A stretch of DNA of 45,117 nucleotides from Alphaproteobacteria bacterium (GCA_041563955.1 JBFGQV010000004.1:1-45117), one strand, 5' to 3'; numbered from the stretch's first letter, positions 18,123-27,530 are shown. Notes: generated by a model not told the origin, from the letters alone. Program-made: numbers and translations.

Positions 18123-19517
18123 CTAGCCGGCGCAGCACGACAGCTTGCTGACGTCCCGCGCAAACCCTTGGGCTGCCAGTTTCAGACCCTCGACCGTCGT
18201 CAGATACGGGAAGATCATGGTCGCAAGGTCCTGCACGGTGAGGCCCTGGCGAATCGCCAGCGCCGCAGTCTGGATGCTATCGCCGCCCTCCGGCGCCAGG
18301 ATATGCGCGCCGAGCAGCTGGTCGGTGTCGGCATCCGCGACCAGCTTGATGAGCCCCCTCGTATCGCGTGCCGCCAGCGCCCGCGGCAACTGGTCCAGCG
18401 GCAGCAGCGAGGTTTCGACGGCACGCCCCGCTGCACGGGCCGCCGCCTCGGTGAGACCGACGGAAGCGGCCTGTGGATCGGTGAAGACGACCTCGGGCAC
18501 GGCGCTGTCGTCATAGCTGAGCGCGTCGCCATCCAGCGCGTTCCGGGCGGCGATGCGCGCGCCATGCGCCGCCATGTAGACATACATGTCGCGACCGGTG
18601 ACATCGCCGGCCGCGTACACGCCGGAGCGTGTCGTCCGCATGTACGTATCGACACGGATGCCGCCGCCCGTCGTCGTCTCGATCCCCATCTCCGTAAGCC
18701 CGAGACCCTCGGAATTGGGTCGCCGGCCAACGGCCACGATCATCGCTTCCGCCCGCAGCGCGACCGCGTCAACTCCCTCTGCCTCGAGAACGATACCGGC
18801 GCCGTTCTGCGACACCGACCGATAGGTAAGACCGGGGCGGACGTCGATGCAATCCCCGGCGAAACCGTGGGCCAGCGCCGCCGAAATCTCCGGCTCCGCG
18901 TGCGGCAACATTCGGCTGCGGCAGGCCAGGGTGACCTTCGCACCGGCCCGGGCGAACATCTGCGCCAGCTCGCAGCCGATGAACCCCGCACCGACGATCA
19001 GCAGGCTGTCCGGCAGGCGGGTCAGCGCCAACGCCTCGGTGCTGTCCAGCCACGGCACGTTGTCAATGCCGGCGATGGCCGGCACGGCGGGGCGCGCACC
19101 GGTGGCGATGACGATGCGCGGCGCGGCAACCAGCCGGTCGTCGATGAGAACGCCGCCATCGACGAGGCGCGCTTTACCCTCGATATAGTCGACTGACTCG
19201 TAATGGGGCAGGAGATCGACGTACTTGGCCTCTCGCATCGCCGCTACGAGATCGTCCTTGGCCGCGACCGTCGCCGACCAGTCGTCGATCGCGGCACGTG
19301 CGCGGATACCGCCGAATCGCCCCGCCCGGTTTACCGCGTGGACGCCATCCATCGCGCGGATCAGCGTCTTCGACGGTACGCAGCCGACATTGACGCATGT
19401 GCCGCCGATCAGGCCGTGCCCCACCAGCGCCACCTTCGCACCCCTTTCCGCGGCGGCGATTGCGGCGGAAAATCCGGCCGAACCGGCCCCGATTACGGCG
19501 AGGTCGTATGAGCTCAT
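18123..19517 (-). CDS. merA: Mercuric reductase lacking the N-terminal NmerA domain
   Basis: GGTCVNVGCVPSK active site, FPYLTTVEGLKL and C-terminal SCCAG. ATG overlaps the merF stop. Confidence 0.96.
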   Translation of the reverse strand: MSSYDLAVIGAGSAGFSAAIAAAERGAKVALVGHGLIGGTCVNVGCVPSKTLIRAMDGVHAVNRAGRFGGIRARAAIDDWSATVAAKDDLVAAMREAKYVDLLPHYESVDYIEGKARLVDGGVLIDDRLVAAPRIVIATGARPAVPAIAGIDNVPWLDSTEALALTRLPDSLLIVGAGFIGCELAQMFARAGAKVTLACRSRMLPHAEPEISAALAHGFAGDCIDVRPGLTYRSVSQNGAGIVLEAEGVDAVALRAEAMIVAVGRRPNSEGLGLTEMGIETTTGGGIRVDTYMRTTRSGVYAAGDVTGRDMYVYMAAHGARIAARNALDGDALSYDDSAVPEVVFTDPQAASVGLTEAAARAAGRAVETSLLPLDQLPRALAARDTRGLIKLVADADTDQLLGAHILAPEGGDSIQTAALAIRQGLTVQDLATMIFPYLTTVEGLKLAAQGFARDVSKLSCCAG

Positions 19518-19765
19518 GGCTGGCCGTCCCCTGCCTCGGTCGGCATCGGTTGCGAAGCCCGGCGCCGCCGCAGGTAGATGCCGTATACGAGGATCATCAG
19601 AAAAAGAGTCAGCGCCGGAAACAGGATCAAATCCAGCCACCAGCCGACCAGCGCCGACAGGCCAAGCGCACCGAGCGAGACGACGAGCAGCGGGGTGAAG
19701 CAGCACACCCCGGCGAGTAGCGCGCCGACACCGCCGATACCGATGAGTTTGCCGTCCTTCGACAT
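19514..19765 (-). CDS. merF: Mercuric ion transporter MerF
   Basis: 83 aa, two TM segments, VCCFTPLLV...GLSAL...LD...PAL; RBS GGAG; lies between the mer promoter and merA. Confidence 0.88.
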   Translation of the reverse strand: MSKDGKLIGIGGVGALLAGVCCFTPLLVVSLGALGLSALVGWWLDLILFPALTLFLMILVYGIYLRRRRASQPMPTEAGDGQP

Positions 19766-19796
19766 CCGTCTTCTCCCCGCCTTCCGAGACTGTGCT

Positions 19797-19827
19797 ACGC
19801 TACATGCTGTAGCGACTACAGGTTCAA
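19797..19827 (-). promoter_or_regulatory. MerR-type promoter/operator
   Basis: Minus strand reads TTGAAC-19 bp-TAGCGT, with the dyad CTGTAG-N3-CTACAG (19807-19821) inside the spacer. Confidence 0.92.
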
Positions 19828-19838
19828 GGAAAATCGGT

Positions 19839-20243
19839 ATGACCGAACTTTCGATCGGCACGCTGGCCTCCCGCACCGGCGTCAATATCGAGACGATCCG
19901 CTATTACGAGCGTATCGGCGTGATCCCCCCACCGCCGCGCACGGCCGGAGGCCAGCGACGGTATGATGAGGCCCATCTCCGCCGCCTGTCCTTCGTCCGC
20001 CGCTGCCGCGAACTCGGTTTTCCGCTCGACGAGGTCCGGGCTCTGCTCGCCCTGGTCGACGGCGGCGACTACAGCTGCGCCGAAATCCGCGAGACGACGG
20101 TGCGGCAGCTGGAGGCCGTGCGCCGCCGGATCGCCGACCTGCGCGTCATGGAGCGCACCCTCGATGCCATGGCAGCGGCGTGCGCGGGCGGGGCGGTGCC
20201 CGACTGCCCGATCGTCGACGCGCTGTTCGCCGAGCGGCGTTAG
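19839..20243 (+). CDS. merR: Hg(II)-responsive MerR regulator
   Basis: ETIRYYERIG HTH; three Cys (YSCAE, ACAGGAVPDCP); divergent from merF-merA. Confidence 0.9.
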   Translation: MTELSIGTLASRTGVNIETIRYYERIGVIPPPPRTAGGQRRYDEAHLRRLSFVRRCRELGFPLDEVRALLALVDGGDYSCAEIRETTVRQLEAVRRRIADLRVMERTLDAMAAACAGGAVPDCPIVDALFAERR

Positions 20244-20299
20244 GCGGCGCGCGATGGCCGTTGGAGCAATCCCCGCCGCCGGCGATCGGAGCGGGAATT

Positions 20300-20315
20300 C
20301 CGCAGAATTCTGCGG
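20300..20315. promoter_or_regulatory. Perfect 16-bp palindrome; candidate upstream activator site, or merR terminator
   Basis: CCGCAGAATTCTGCGG, about 230-245 bp upstream of the sigma54 promoter and followed by CTTTC. Confidence 0.45.
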
Positions 20316-20491
20316 CTTTCAGGTTGAACCGGCAGGTGCATAAAGGAAAGATACACCCCCCGAATCCGCATCAACCCGTTGAAAATATTAGACTTCACTC
20401 ATGTAGATCGAATGCGGTGTACATAATTTTTGTACTTCAGCAGCGATTCCGCGGCCTTCCGACGACCATCAGATTCGCGCACTCTATGATT

Positions 20492-20504
20492 TAACCAGTT
20501 GAAA
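20492..20504 (-). promoter_or_regulatory. Possible IHF site
   Basis: TTTCAACTGGTTA versus WATCAANNNNTTR (one mismatch), next to an A/T tract, about 45 bp upstream of the -24 element. Confidence 0.45.
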
Positions 20505-20545
20505 AACAAACATTTTATCGAGAACATCTCGATCTCTCCGGGCGC

Positions 20546-20561
20546 TGGCATGGAAGTTGCG
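20546..20561 (+). promoter_or_regulatory. sigma54 (-24/-12) promoter
   Basis: TGGCATGGAAGTTGCG has exact GG-N10-GC spacing and lies 40 bp upstream of the first gene; a GAFTGA activator is encoded in the same block. Confidence 0.85.
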
Positions 20562-20601
20562 CATGCTGTTGCGAGAGCGCATACGCGAGCGAGGTGGCGA
20601 G

Positions 20602-21009
20602 ATGAACGACAAAGCCAACATCCTCATCGTCGATGACGAAGAAGTGGTGCGCCTCAGCCAACTCAGAATACTGGCAGAGGCCCACTGCAATGCGGCGGTG
20701 GCCTGGAATGGGACCGAGGCCCTGCAGGTGATGGAGCAGCACCCGTTCGATGTCGTACTGCTCGACCTGCGCATGCCCGGCCCCGACGGCATGTCGGTTC
20801 TCAAGACGATCAAGGAGAGGTGGCCCGAGAGCGAGGTGGTCATCATCACCGGTTACCCGTCGATCGAGAGCGCCAAGGAGGCGGTCAGGCTCGGCGCCTA
20901 CAACTATCTGGCCAAGCCCGTCAGCCCGGACGATGTCGTCAAGGTCGCGAACGGCGCAGTGATGAAGAAACGGTGGGGTCTCCAAAGGGACCAATCGAAT
21001 CCGATGTGA
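20602..21009 (+). CDS. Receiver-only response regulator
   Basis: ILIVDDE, LLDLRMPG, ITGY, AKP; no output domain; RBS GAGGT. Confidence 0.92.
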   Translation: MNDKANILIVDDEEVVRLSQLRILAEAHCNAAVAWNGTEALQVMEQHPFDVVLLDLRMPGPDGMSVLKTIKERWPESEVVIITGYPSIESAKEAVRLGAYNYLAKPVSPDDVVKVANGAVMKKRWGLQRDQSNPM

Positions 21010-21078
21010 CGGAGTCGGTTGCCCGGCGGATCGCGTCAAACGACGAACCGCTCCACCCATCGAGGAAGGAGACTGGTC

Positions 21079-21852
21079 ATGAAAGCCTTACACAAAGTTC
21101 TCGTAGTTGACGACGACGCGGTCGTCGGTCGGAGTTTCGACAGGGTCCTCGCGGACAAGGGCTATGACGTAAGTACCGCCCTCGATGGCGAGGAGGCCCT
21201 GAACAAATGCGACGACGAGGCCTACGACGTCGTCTTCACCGACATCAAGATGCCGGGGATGGACGGCCTCGAAGTCGCTCGACGGATCAAGGCCAAGTGC
21301 CCGTGGACTCCGGTGGTCATCATCACCGGTTACGGCAGCGAGGAAAACGAGGCCGAGGCCCGCGTGCTCGGGGTCAACGGTTTCGTCCGCAAGCCCCTGA
21401 CGCCGGAGATGATCGAAGGGATCGCGTTGAAGGCCCTCGAGGAAAAGGGGGAAGCGCCGGCGCCGGCGCCTGAGGCGGCGGCAGTGGCCGTCCCGCAGGT
21501 CGCGGCGGACGTTGCCGAGACCGTCGAGACGATCGCACGGCCAGGCAGGTTGCGTGACGTCCTTGCCTTCACCGGCAAGGTTGGGCTGTTCTTCGCGGCA
21601 CCCTTCATCGGGCTGGCCTACGCCCTGTTCCTGCCCTTCTACGGGCTGGCGCTGCTGGCTTGGATGGGCGCGCGGGCGCTGTACCGGGTTGCGGGCATCA
21701 AACGGATTGCCGGCTTCCTTAGAAACGTCGCCCTGTTCATTGCGGCGCCGTTCATCGGGCTGGGCTATGCCCTCCTGCTGCCCTTCGTCGGCCTCGGCGT
21801 CGTGGCCTGGATGGGAATCCGCATGCTGATGAAGCAGCCCGAGCCCAAGTGA
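21079..21852 (+). CDS. Response regulator with duplicated C-terminal membrane anchor
   Basis: REC domain (VVDDD, TDIKMPG, KP), Pro/Ala linker, and two copies of LFxAAPFIGLxYALxLPFxGLxxxAWMG; RBS GGAG. Confidence 0.88.
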   Translation: MKALHKVLVVDDDAVVGRSFDRVLADKGYDVSTALDGEEALNKCDDEAYDVVFTDIKMPGMDGLEVARRIKAKCPWTPVVIITGYGSEENEAEARVLGVNGFVRKPLTPEMIEGIALKALEEKGEAPAPAPEAAAVAVPQVAADVAETVETIARPGRLRDVLAFTGKVGLFFAAPFIGLAYALFLPFYGLALLAWMGARALYRVAGIKRIAGFLRNVALFIAAPFIGLGYALLLPFVGLGVVAWMGIRMLMKQPEPK

Positions 21853-21961
21853 TCCGATGCTCTCATACGACGGCTGGCCGCCGCCCCGCGGATGGTGGCG
21901 GCCACCGCCCGAGGGACGCAACACCCCGATAAATCGGGGATCCCAAAGAGGAGCAAGACCC

Positions 21962-23668
21962 ATGGGAAGCTCCGGAATCGAGAACAAGATCGCAGTCAGC
22001 ACCCGGCACCTGAACGTCATCGCGGTGGCCGCAGTTGCCGTCCTGGTCATTGCCCTGGCCGGCCCGCCGGCCGCGTTCGCCAACACGCTTGGCGAGGACG
22101 ACCAGGCCTGCCTCGCCTGCCACGAATCCGAGGGAATGGAGAAGGACCTCGCCAATGGCGAAACCCTCTCGCTCAACGTGCAAGGCGAGAGTTACGCCGG
22201 CTCGGTGCACGACTGGGTCGGATGCGCAGGCTGTCACGCGGCGGTCGACCTCGACAGCCATCCGGGCGACAAAACGATCGCGAGCCGGCGCGACTATGCC
22301 GCCACGGCATCGGCGATCTGCGCCGACTGCCATGCGCCCGAGGATTTGGTCGAAGGCCCGGCGCACCACGCCCGTGTCGCGACGGCCGACGGTCCTCCCT
22401 GCGCCATGTGCCACAATCCCCATGCCGTCATTCCGATGGCAGAGTGGAAGGCAGCCACCGGGGAAACGGCGTACTGCGTGACCTGTCACGAGCAGGCCCT
22501 GGGCGTTCAATTGACGAGCGGCGAGTTCCTGTCCTTGTCCGTTGACCACGCCGTGCTGCGCGATTCGGTCCATCCGGACCACGACTGCACCGACTGCCAT
22601 GACGGCTTTTCCAAGGATTCCCACGAGACGGGCTCCTATGCAAGCATGCGCGAGCACGTGATTGCGCGGGTCCAGATCTGCCGAAAGTGCCATGAGGACA
22701 AGTTCCAACAGTATGAGGGCAGCATCCATGCCTCGCTGCTCGACAGCGGCAACCTCGCGGCCCCGGTCTGCTCCGATTGCCACGGGTCCCATTCGGTGCG
22801 GCCCAAGGCGGTGTTCGAGACGGTCGCCGGCGTACCCTGCAAGAAATGCCACGGCAACATCTTCGATGCCTATGTCGGCAGCACGCACGGCAAGGCGCGC
22901 GGCATCCTGGGCCACTTCGAGGCGCCCATCTGCGCGGACTGCCATCGGGCGCACGAGGTCGGCGCGGCCGCCGCGAGCAATCAGCTGCGCGAGGCGTGCG
23001 TCGGGTGCCATGCCGGAACGGCGTCGGCTCACCAGGCCTGGCTGCCGAATGCCGCGCTGCACCTCGATGCGGTGTCCTGCCCCGCCTGCCATGCACCGCG
23101 CGCGCTGCGTCGCGTCGAGCTCAGGCTCGTCGACGGCGCTGCCCAGACGCTGATATCGGACTCGGTCGATACGCTGCAGTTCGACGCCCGCGTCCGCGCC
23201 GCCGATGCCGACGGAAACGGCCTGGATGCGAACGAGCTGTGGAATCTGGTCAGAGACATCAACCGCACGGGACAGACCGTGGAGATGACGCTGCAGGGCC
23301 GGATCGGCGTTCGCACCGGTGCCGACGCCCACCAGCTGTCCGACAAGAGCCGCGCGGTCAGGGACTGCGCCAGCTGTCACCGCCAGGGCTCCGACGCGTT
23401 CGAGAACGTCACGGTGTCCGTCGTCGGTCCAGACGGCATGCCGGTGCACTACACCGCCGACAAGGACGTCCTGAATTCCATGACGTCGGTGGACTCGGTC
23501 GGCGGCTTCTATGCCATCGGCGGCACCCGCATCAAGGTCCTCGATGTGCTGCTCGCCTTCGTGTTTCTGGGCGGGATCTCCGTGCCGGTCGGGCACCTGA
23601 CATTGAAGTGGCTGTTCAGGAAATTCTTCAAGAGAACACCGCAGGAGGGCACGACCCCGCAACCCTGA
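21962..23668 (+). CDS. Membrane-anchored multiheme cytochrome c (13 CxxCH)
   Basis: Signal peptide; CLACH, CAGCH, CADCH, CAMCH, CVTCH, CTDCH, CRKCH, CSDCH, CKKCH, CADCH, CVGCH, CPACH, CASCH; C-terminal TM helix followed by His (PVGH). Confidence 0.93.
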   Translation: MGSSGIENKIAVSTRHLNVIAVAAVAVLVIALAGPPAAFANTLGEDDQACLACHESEGMEKDLANGETLSLNVQGESYAGSVHDWVGCAGCHAAVDLDSHPGDKTIASRRDYAATASAICADCHAPEDLVEGPAHHARVATADGPPCAMCHNPHAVIPMAEWKAATGETAYCVTCHEQALGVQLTSGEFLSLSVDHAVLRDSVHPDHDCTDCHDGFSKDSHETGSYASMREHVIARVQICRKCHEDKFQQYEGSIHASLLDSGNLAAPVCSDCHGSHSVRPKAVFETVAGVPCKKCHGNIFDAYVGSTHGKARGILGHFEAPICADCHRAHEVGAAAASNQLREACVGCHAGTASAHQAWLPNAALHLDAVSCPACHAPRALRRVELRLVDGAAQTLISDSVDTLQFDARVRAADADGNGLDANELWNLVRDINRTGQTVEMTLQGRIGVRTGADAHQLSDKSRAVRDCASCHRQGSDAFENVTVSVVGPDGMPVHYTADKDVLNSMTSVDSVGGFYAIGGTRIKVLDVLLAFVFLGGISVPVGHLTLKWLFRKFFKRTPQEGTTPQP

Positions 23669-23742
23669 TGCCCGCGGCGGCGGGCTGCGCCCCGGCAAGG
23701 CCCGCCACGCCGGCCGTGTTCTCCAGCGGAAGGAGAAGAAAG

Positions 23743-24381
23743 ATGCGCAAGATCTATATCCACCCGCTTCCGATCAGAATCTGGCACTGGACCAATGCCA
23801 CGGGTTTCGTTCTGCTGATCCTCACCGGACTGCAGATCAGATACGGCGATCTGATCGACGTGCTGCCCTTCAAGCTTGCCGTCAACCTGCACAACTGGGT
23901 CGGGTTCGTGCTGATCGGCAACTTCTTCATCTGGCTGCTGTTCTACCTGTTCACCGACAAGATCAAGGTGTATCACCCGGAACTCAGCCCGACGAAGTAC
24001 TTCCGCGAAAGCTTCCGGCAGCTCCAGTATTACGGCTATGGGATCTTCAAGGGCGACCCCAATCCGCACCACGCGACCGCCTATCACAAATTCAACCCGA
24101 TGCAGAGCATGTCGTACCAGATCGTCATGATGCTGTTGGTGCCGATCCAGTTCTACACCGGGCTGCTGCTGTGGGACGTGAAGCGTTTCGCGGGCGCGGT
24201 CGCATTCTTCGGCGGCGTGCGCGTGGTGGACACGGTGCATGTGCTGATCTTCATCATCTTCGTGGGCTTCCTGTTCGTCCACGTCTACCTTGCGACGCTG
24301 GGCCGTACGCGTACGGCGCATTTCAAGGCGATGTTGACCGGCTATGAGGAGGTCGAGGACGAGGCGGCGGAACATTCGTAG
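23743..24381 (+). CDS. Di-heme cytochrome b (HydC/FdnI/PhsC-type quinone-reactive subunit)
   Basis: RIWHWTNA, NLHNWVG, KFNPMQ, TVHV, FVHVYL; four TM segments; RBS AGGAG. Confidence 0.9.
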   Translation: MRKIYIHPLPIRIWHWTNATGFVLLILTGLQIRYGDLIDVLPFKLAVNLHNWVGFVLIGNFFIWLLFYLFTDKIKVYHPELSPTKYFRESFRQLQYYGYGIFKGDPNPHHATAYHKFNPMQSMSYQIVMMLLVPIQFYTGLLLWDVKRFAGAVAFFGGVRVVDTVHVLIFIIFVGFLFVHVYLATLGRTRTAHFKAMLTGYEEVEDEAAEHS

Positions 24382-24407
24382 CCGACCGGCTGTCGCAACT
24401 GCCTCTT

Positions 24408-24438
24408 ATCGCCGGGCCGCCATCCGTGGCCCGGCGAT
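24408..24438. terminator. Stem-loop terminator between convergent operons
   Basis: ATCGCCGGGCC-N9-GGCCCGGCGAT (11-bp arms) followed by TTCGACGTTTT. Confidence 0.7.
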
Positions 24439-24453
24439 TTCGACGTTTTCGCG

Positions 24454-25878
24454 TCAGCCTGCTTCGGAGGCGTCGTGGCTTATATCCGAACCGCGGATCC
24501 GGATGTTGTATTTCTTCATCAGTGCCTGAAAATTGGCCCGCTGCATGCCGGTGTCCTCGGCGCTCTTGGTCACGTTCCAGGCGTTCCGCTTAAGCGCCTC
24601 GATAACGAAGAGCTTCTCGATGTTCTCGACCGACTTCTCCCGCGCGACCTTCTTGACGCGCTTGAGCTCGTCTCCGGTCCTCGGCACCTCGACGTCGAGC
24701 CGCGGCAGCATGTCGAGAATGCTCACGAGATGCGCCTGGCGGATGGTGCTCTCGGTGGCGAGGATCACCGCGCGCTGAATCGTGTTCTCGAGTTCGCGGA
24801 CGTTGCCGGGCCAGTCGTAATTCATCAGCAGGTTCATCGCCTCGGCCGAAATATCGGTCATCTGCTTGTCGAGGTCGGCCGCGAAGACGTTGAGGAAGTG
24901 GAAGGCCAGGGCAGGTATGTCATCCTTGCGCTCCCGCAGCGGCGGGATCTGGATCGGAAAGATGTTGATGCGGTAGAACAGGTCCTCGCGGAAGGTGCCG
25001 TCCGCGATCATCGCCTTGAGATCCTTGTTGGTCGCCGTTATCAGCCGCAAGTTGGCGGCCTGTGTGCGGGTGCCGCCCACCGCCTTGAATTCCCGTTCCT
25101 GGATGACGCGCAGAAGCTTGGCCTGGGTCGACAGCGAGATGTTCCCGATCTCGTCGAGGAACAGCGTCCCGTTGTCGGCCACCTCGAACAATCCCTTCTT
25201 ATGGGCCACGGCCCCGGTGAACGCGCCCTTGACGTGGCCGAACATCTCGCTCTCCAGCAGGGTCTCGCTCAGCGAGTTGCAATCGACGGGAACGAACGGC
25301 TGGTCCTTGCGCAGGCTGTTGTAGTGGATGGCGCGGGCGATCAATTCCTTGCCGGTACCGCTTTCACCCTGCAGCAGGACGGTGCTGTTCGTTGGCGCGC
25401 ACTTGGCGATCAGGCGAAATACGTTCTGCATCTGGGGGCTGGAGCCGATGATGTTCTCGAAACGGTATTTCGAACTGACCTCCGTCTTCAGGTTTAGGTT
25501 CTCCTGGAGCAGCTTTCGACGCTCCAGCGCCCGCGCGACGACGAGTTCCAGCTCGTCGGGATCGAAGGGCTTCGGCAGGTAGTCAAACGCGCCGAGCTTC
25601 ATGGAGCGTACCGCGGTCTCGATCTGGGAATGCCCGGTCACCATGATGACGTCGATGTCCGGGTGCGTCTCCTTGACCCGCTGAAGCACCTCCATACCGT
25701 CGATCTTGGGCATCATGATATCGAGGATGATCAGATCGTACTGGCTCTCCTCGATCTTGTTCAGGGCCTCCCAGCCGTCCTGCACGGCGTCGAGCTCGTA
25801 GTCGCCGTTGCCGAGGATGCGCAGGCAGCTCTGGATGACGATCTCCTCGTCGTCCACGATCAGGATCCGGGTGCTCAC
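24454..25878 (-). CDS. sigma54-dependent NtrC-family response regulator
   Basis: REC domain, GESGTGKE, GAFTGA, LFLDEI, WPGNVREL, Fis-type HTH. GTG start overlaps the kinase stop. Confidence 0.96.
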   Translation of the reverse strand: MSTRILIVDDEEIVIQSCLRILGNGDYELDAVQDGWEALNKIEESQYDLIILDIMMPKIDGMEVLQRVKETHPDIDVIMVTGHSQIETAVRSMKLGAFDYLPKPFDPDELELVVARALERRKLLQENLNLKTEVSSKYRFENIIGSSPQMQNVFRLIAKCAPTNSTVLLQGESGTGKELIARAIHYNSLRKDQPFVPVDCNSLSETLLESEMFGHVKGAFTGAVAHKKGLFEVADNGTLFLDEIGNISLSTQAKLLRVIQEREFKAVGGTRTQAANLRLITATNKDLKAMIADGTFREDLFYRINIFPIQIPPLRERKDDIPALAFHFLNVFAADLDKQMTDISAEAMNLLMNYDWPGNVRELENTIQRAVILATESTIRQAHLVSILDMLPRLDVEVPRTGDELKRVKKVAREKSVENIEKLFVIEALKRNAWNVTKSAEDTGMQRANFQALMKKYNIRIRGSDISHDASEAG

Positions 25879-27530
25879 GGATTGCCCTTGCTGTCGGTTG
25901 TCTTGCCCGCGTCGTCGCCGGCCTCGGCCTCGCCGGCGGGCGGGTTCAGCGGCAGGCAGATGCGGAAGGTCGATCCCTTGCCCACGGTACTTTCGACCTC
26001 GATGCAGCCGCCGTGCGCGCGGACGATGCCGTGGCTCACGGACAGCCCCAGTCCGGTGCCCTTGCCGACCTCCTTCGAGGAGAAGAACGGATCGAAGATC
26101 CGCTGCAGGTCATCCTCCGGAATGCCGCAGCCGGTATCGATGATCGAGATCTCCACCATGGGCACGGGGTCCATGCCGACATCGGGAATCCTCGGCTCCG
26201 GTGACATGCGGGCGCGGATGGTGATGCTGCCGTCATCCTCGATGGCGTGCTGGGCATTGACGAGCATGTTCATGATGACCTGCTCTATGAGGTCGGGCTC
26301 GACCCAGATCTGCGGCAGGTCACGATCGAGCTCGAGCTTGATCTCGATATCGTGCAAATGCGCCGGCCGCTCGACGATGTGCACCGTATTCTCGATGATC
26401 TTGTTGATGTCGGCGAATTTCTTCTCCGGCGCCTTGTCGCGGGAGAAGTCGAGCAACCTGCGGATGATCGTGGCGCAGCGCTTGGTCTCGCGGATCACCA
26501 GGTCGAGGTCCTCGGCCTCCGGACTGCCATCGGGCACCTTCTTGCGCATCAGGTGCGAGAAGGTCAGGATCCCGGTGAGCGGATTGTTCAGCTCGTGCGC
26601 GATCCCGGCGGCGAGGAGCCCGATCGATGCGAGCTTTTCGCCGCGGGCCGCTTCGGCTTCGGCGTCGCGCAGCTCCCGGGTCCGCTTCTCGACCTTCTGC
26701 TCCAGCGTGTGTCCCCATTCGCGCAGCTCCGCCTCGGATTTCTTGAGCGCCAGCGTCATGTCGTTGAAACTGGTCGCCAGCTGGCCGAACTCGTCGCCGC
26801 TGCGCACCGGAATCAACTGCTCCAGATTTCCCGACGACAACCGCTTCGCGCCGCTTTCAAGGTCGCGGAGCGGCACGTAGACGAGACGATGCACCAGGAT
26901 GCTGAGCATCAGGGAGGCGACCACGATGAATGCCAGCGAGATGCCGCCCACGGTCATCGAGTTGGTCTGGATCGTCTGGTCGATATCGTCCAGGGAATAG
27001 AGGATGTCGAGCACGCCGAGGACCGTCTGATCCTTGGTATGCTGGTGGCACGCGGCCGTGTAGCAGGACGGCTCGTTGCGGATCATGCCCATGCTGCCGA
27101 GCAGGCGCCGCCCATCCGCCGTCTCGAAGATCCGCGGCCGCTTGCACGCCGGGATCTGTTCGAGGGTCTCGCGCGTCCGGTGACACTGCCCGCATTCCTC
27201 GGCCTTCTCCTGCACCGTGGTGCCGATCTCTTCCGGAAACGTCGAGTGGATGATCGTCCCGTCCTTGCTGAGGATCCGGACCTTCTCGATATTCTGCTGG
27301 TTGCCGACGTCCTGGATGATCTGGCCGACATAGGCGGGTTGGTTCTGAAGCATCGCGAATCGCGTGCTTCGCGTGATCACCTCGGACAGCTGATTGACGT
27401 GGCCCGTCGCCTCCTGCAGAAGTTCCTGCCGGTTGTGCCGCACCACCAGGACGGTGAACAGCAGCATCGCCAGCACCAGAGTGATGGCGAGAAAGACACC
27501 GATCTTCAGCTTGAGGGATACCGTGCGCAT
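25875..27530 (-). CDS. Sensor histidine kinase with heme-c-like motifs in the periplasmic domain
   Basis: TM-sensor (CGQCH, CYTAACH)-TM-HAMP-HisKA (AHELNNPL)-HATPase (DTGCG, GTGLGL). Confidence 0.93.
   Translation of the reverse strand: MRTVSLKLKIGVFLAITLVLAMLLFTVLVVRHNRQELLQEATGHVNQLSEVITRSTRFAMLQNQPAYVGQIIQDVGNQQNIEKVRILSKDGTIIHSTFPEEIGTTVQEKAEECGQCHRTRETLEQIPACKRPRIFETADGRRLLGSMGMIRNEPSCYTAACHQHTKDQTVLGVLDILYSLDDIDQTIQTNSMTVGGISLAFIVVASLMLSILVHRLVYVPLRDLESGAKRLSSGNLEQLIPVRSGDEFGQLATSFNDMTLALKKSEAELREWGHTLEQKVEKRTRELRDAEAEAARGEKLASIGLLAAGIAHELNNPLTGILTFSHLMRKKVPDGSPEAEDLDLVIRETKRCATIIRRLLDFSRDKAPEKKFADINKIIENTVHIVERPAHLHDIEIKLELDRDLPQIWVEPDLIEQVIMNMLVNAQHAIEDDGSITIRARMSPEPRIPDVGMDPVPMVEISIIDTGCGIPEDDLQRIFDPFFSSKEVGKGTGLGLSVSHGIVRAHGGCIEVESTVGKGSTFRICLPLNPPAGEAEAGDDAGKTTDSKGNP

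Noticed and set aside
19514-19706. Possible NmerA extension of MerA in the 527-aa ORF
   Set aside because: It has no GMxCxxC motif and overlaps merF out of frame.
17632-20243. mer cluster as a Tn21/Tn501-type transposon
   Set aside because: No tnpA/tnpR, res site or terminal inverted repeats are visible.
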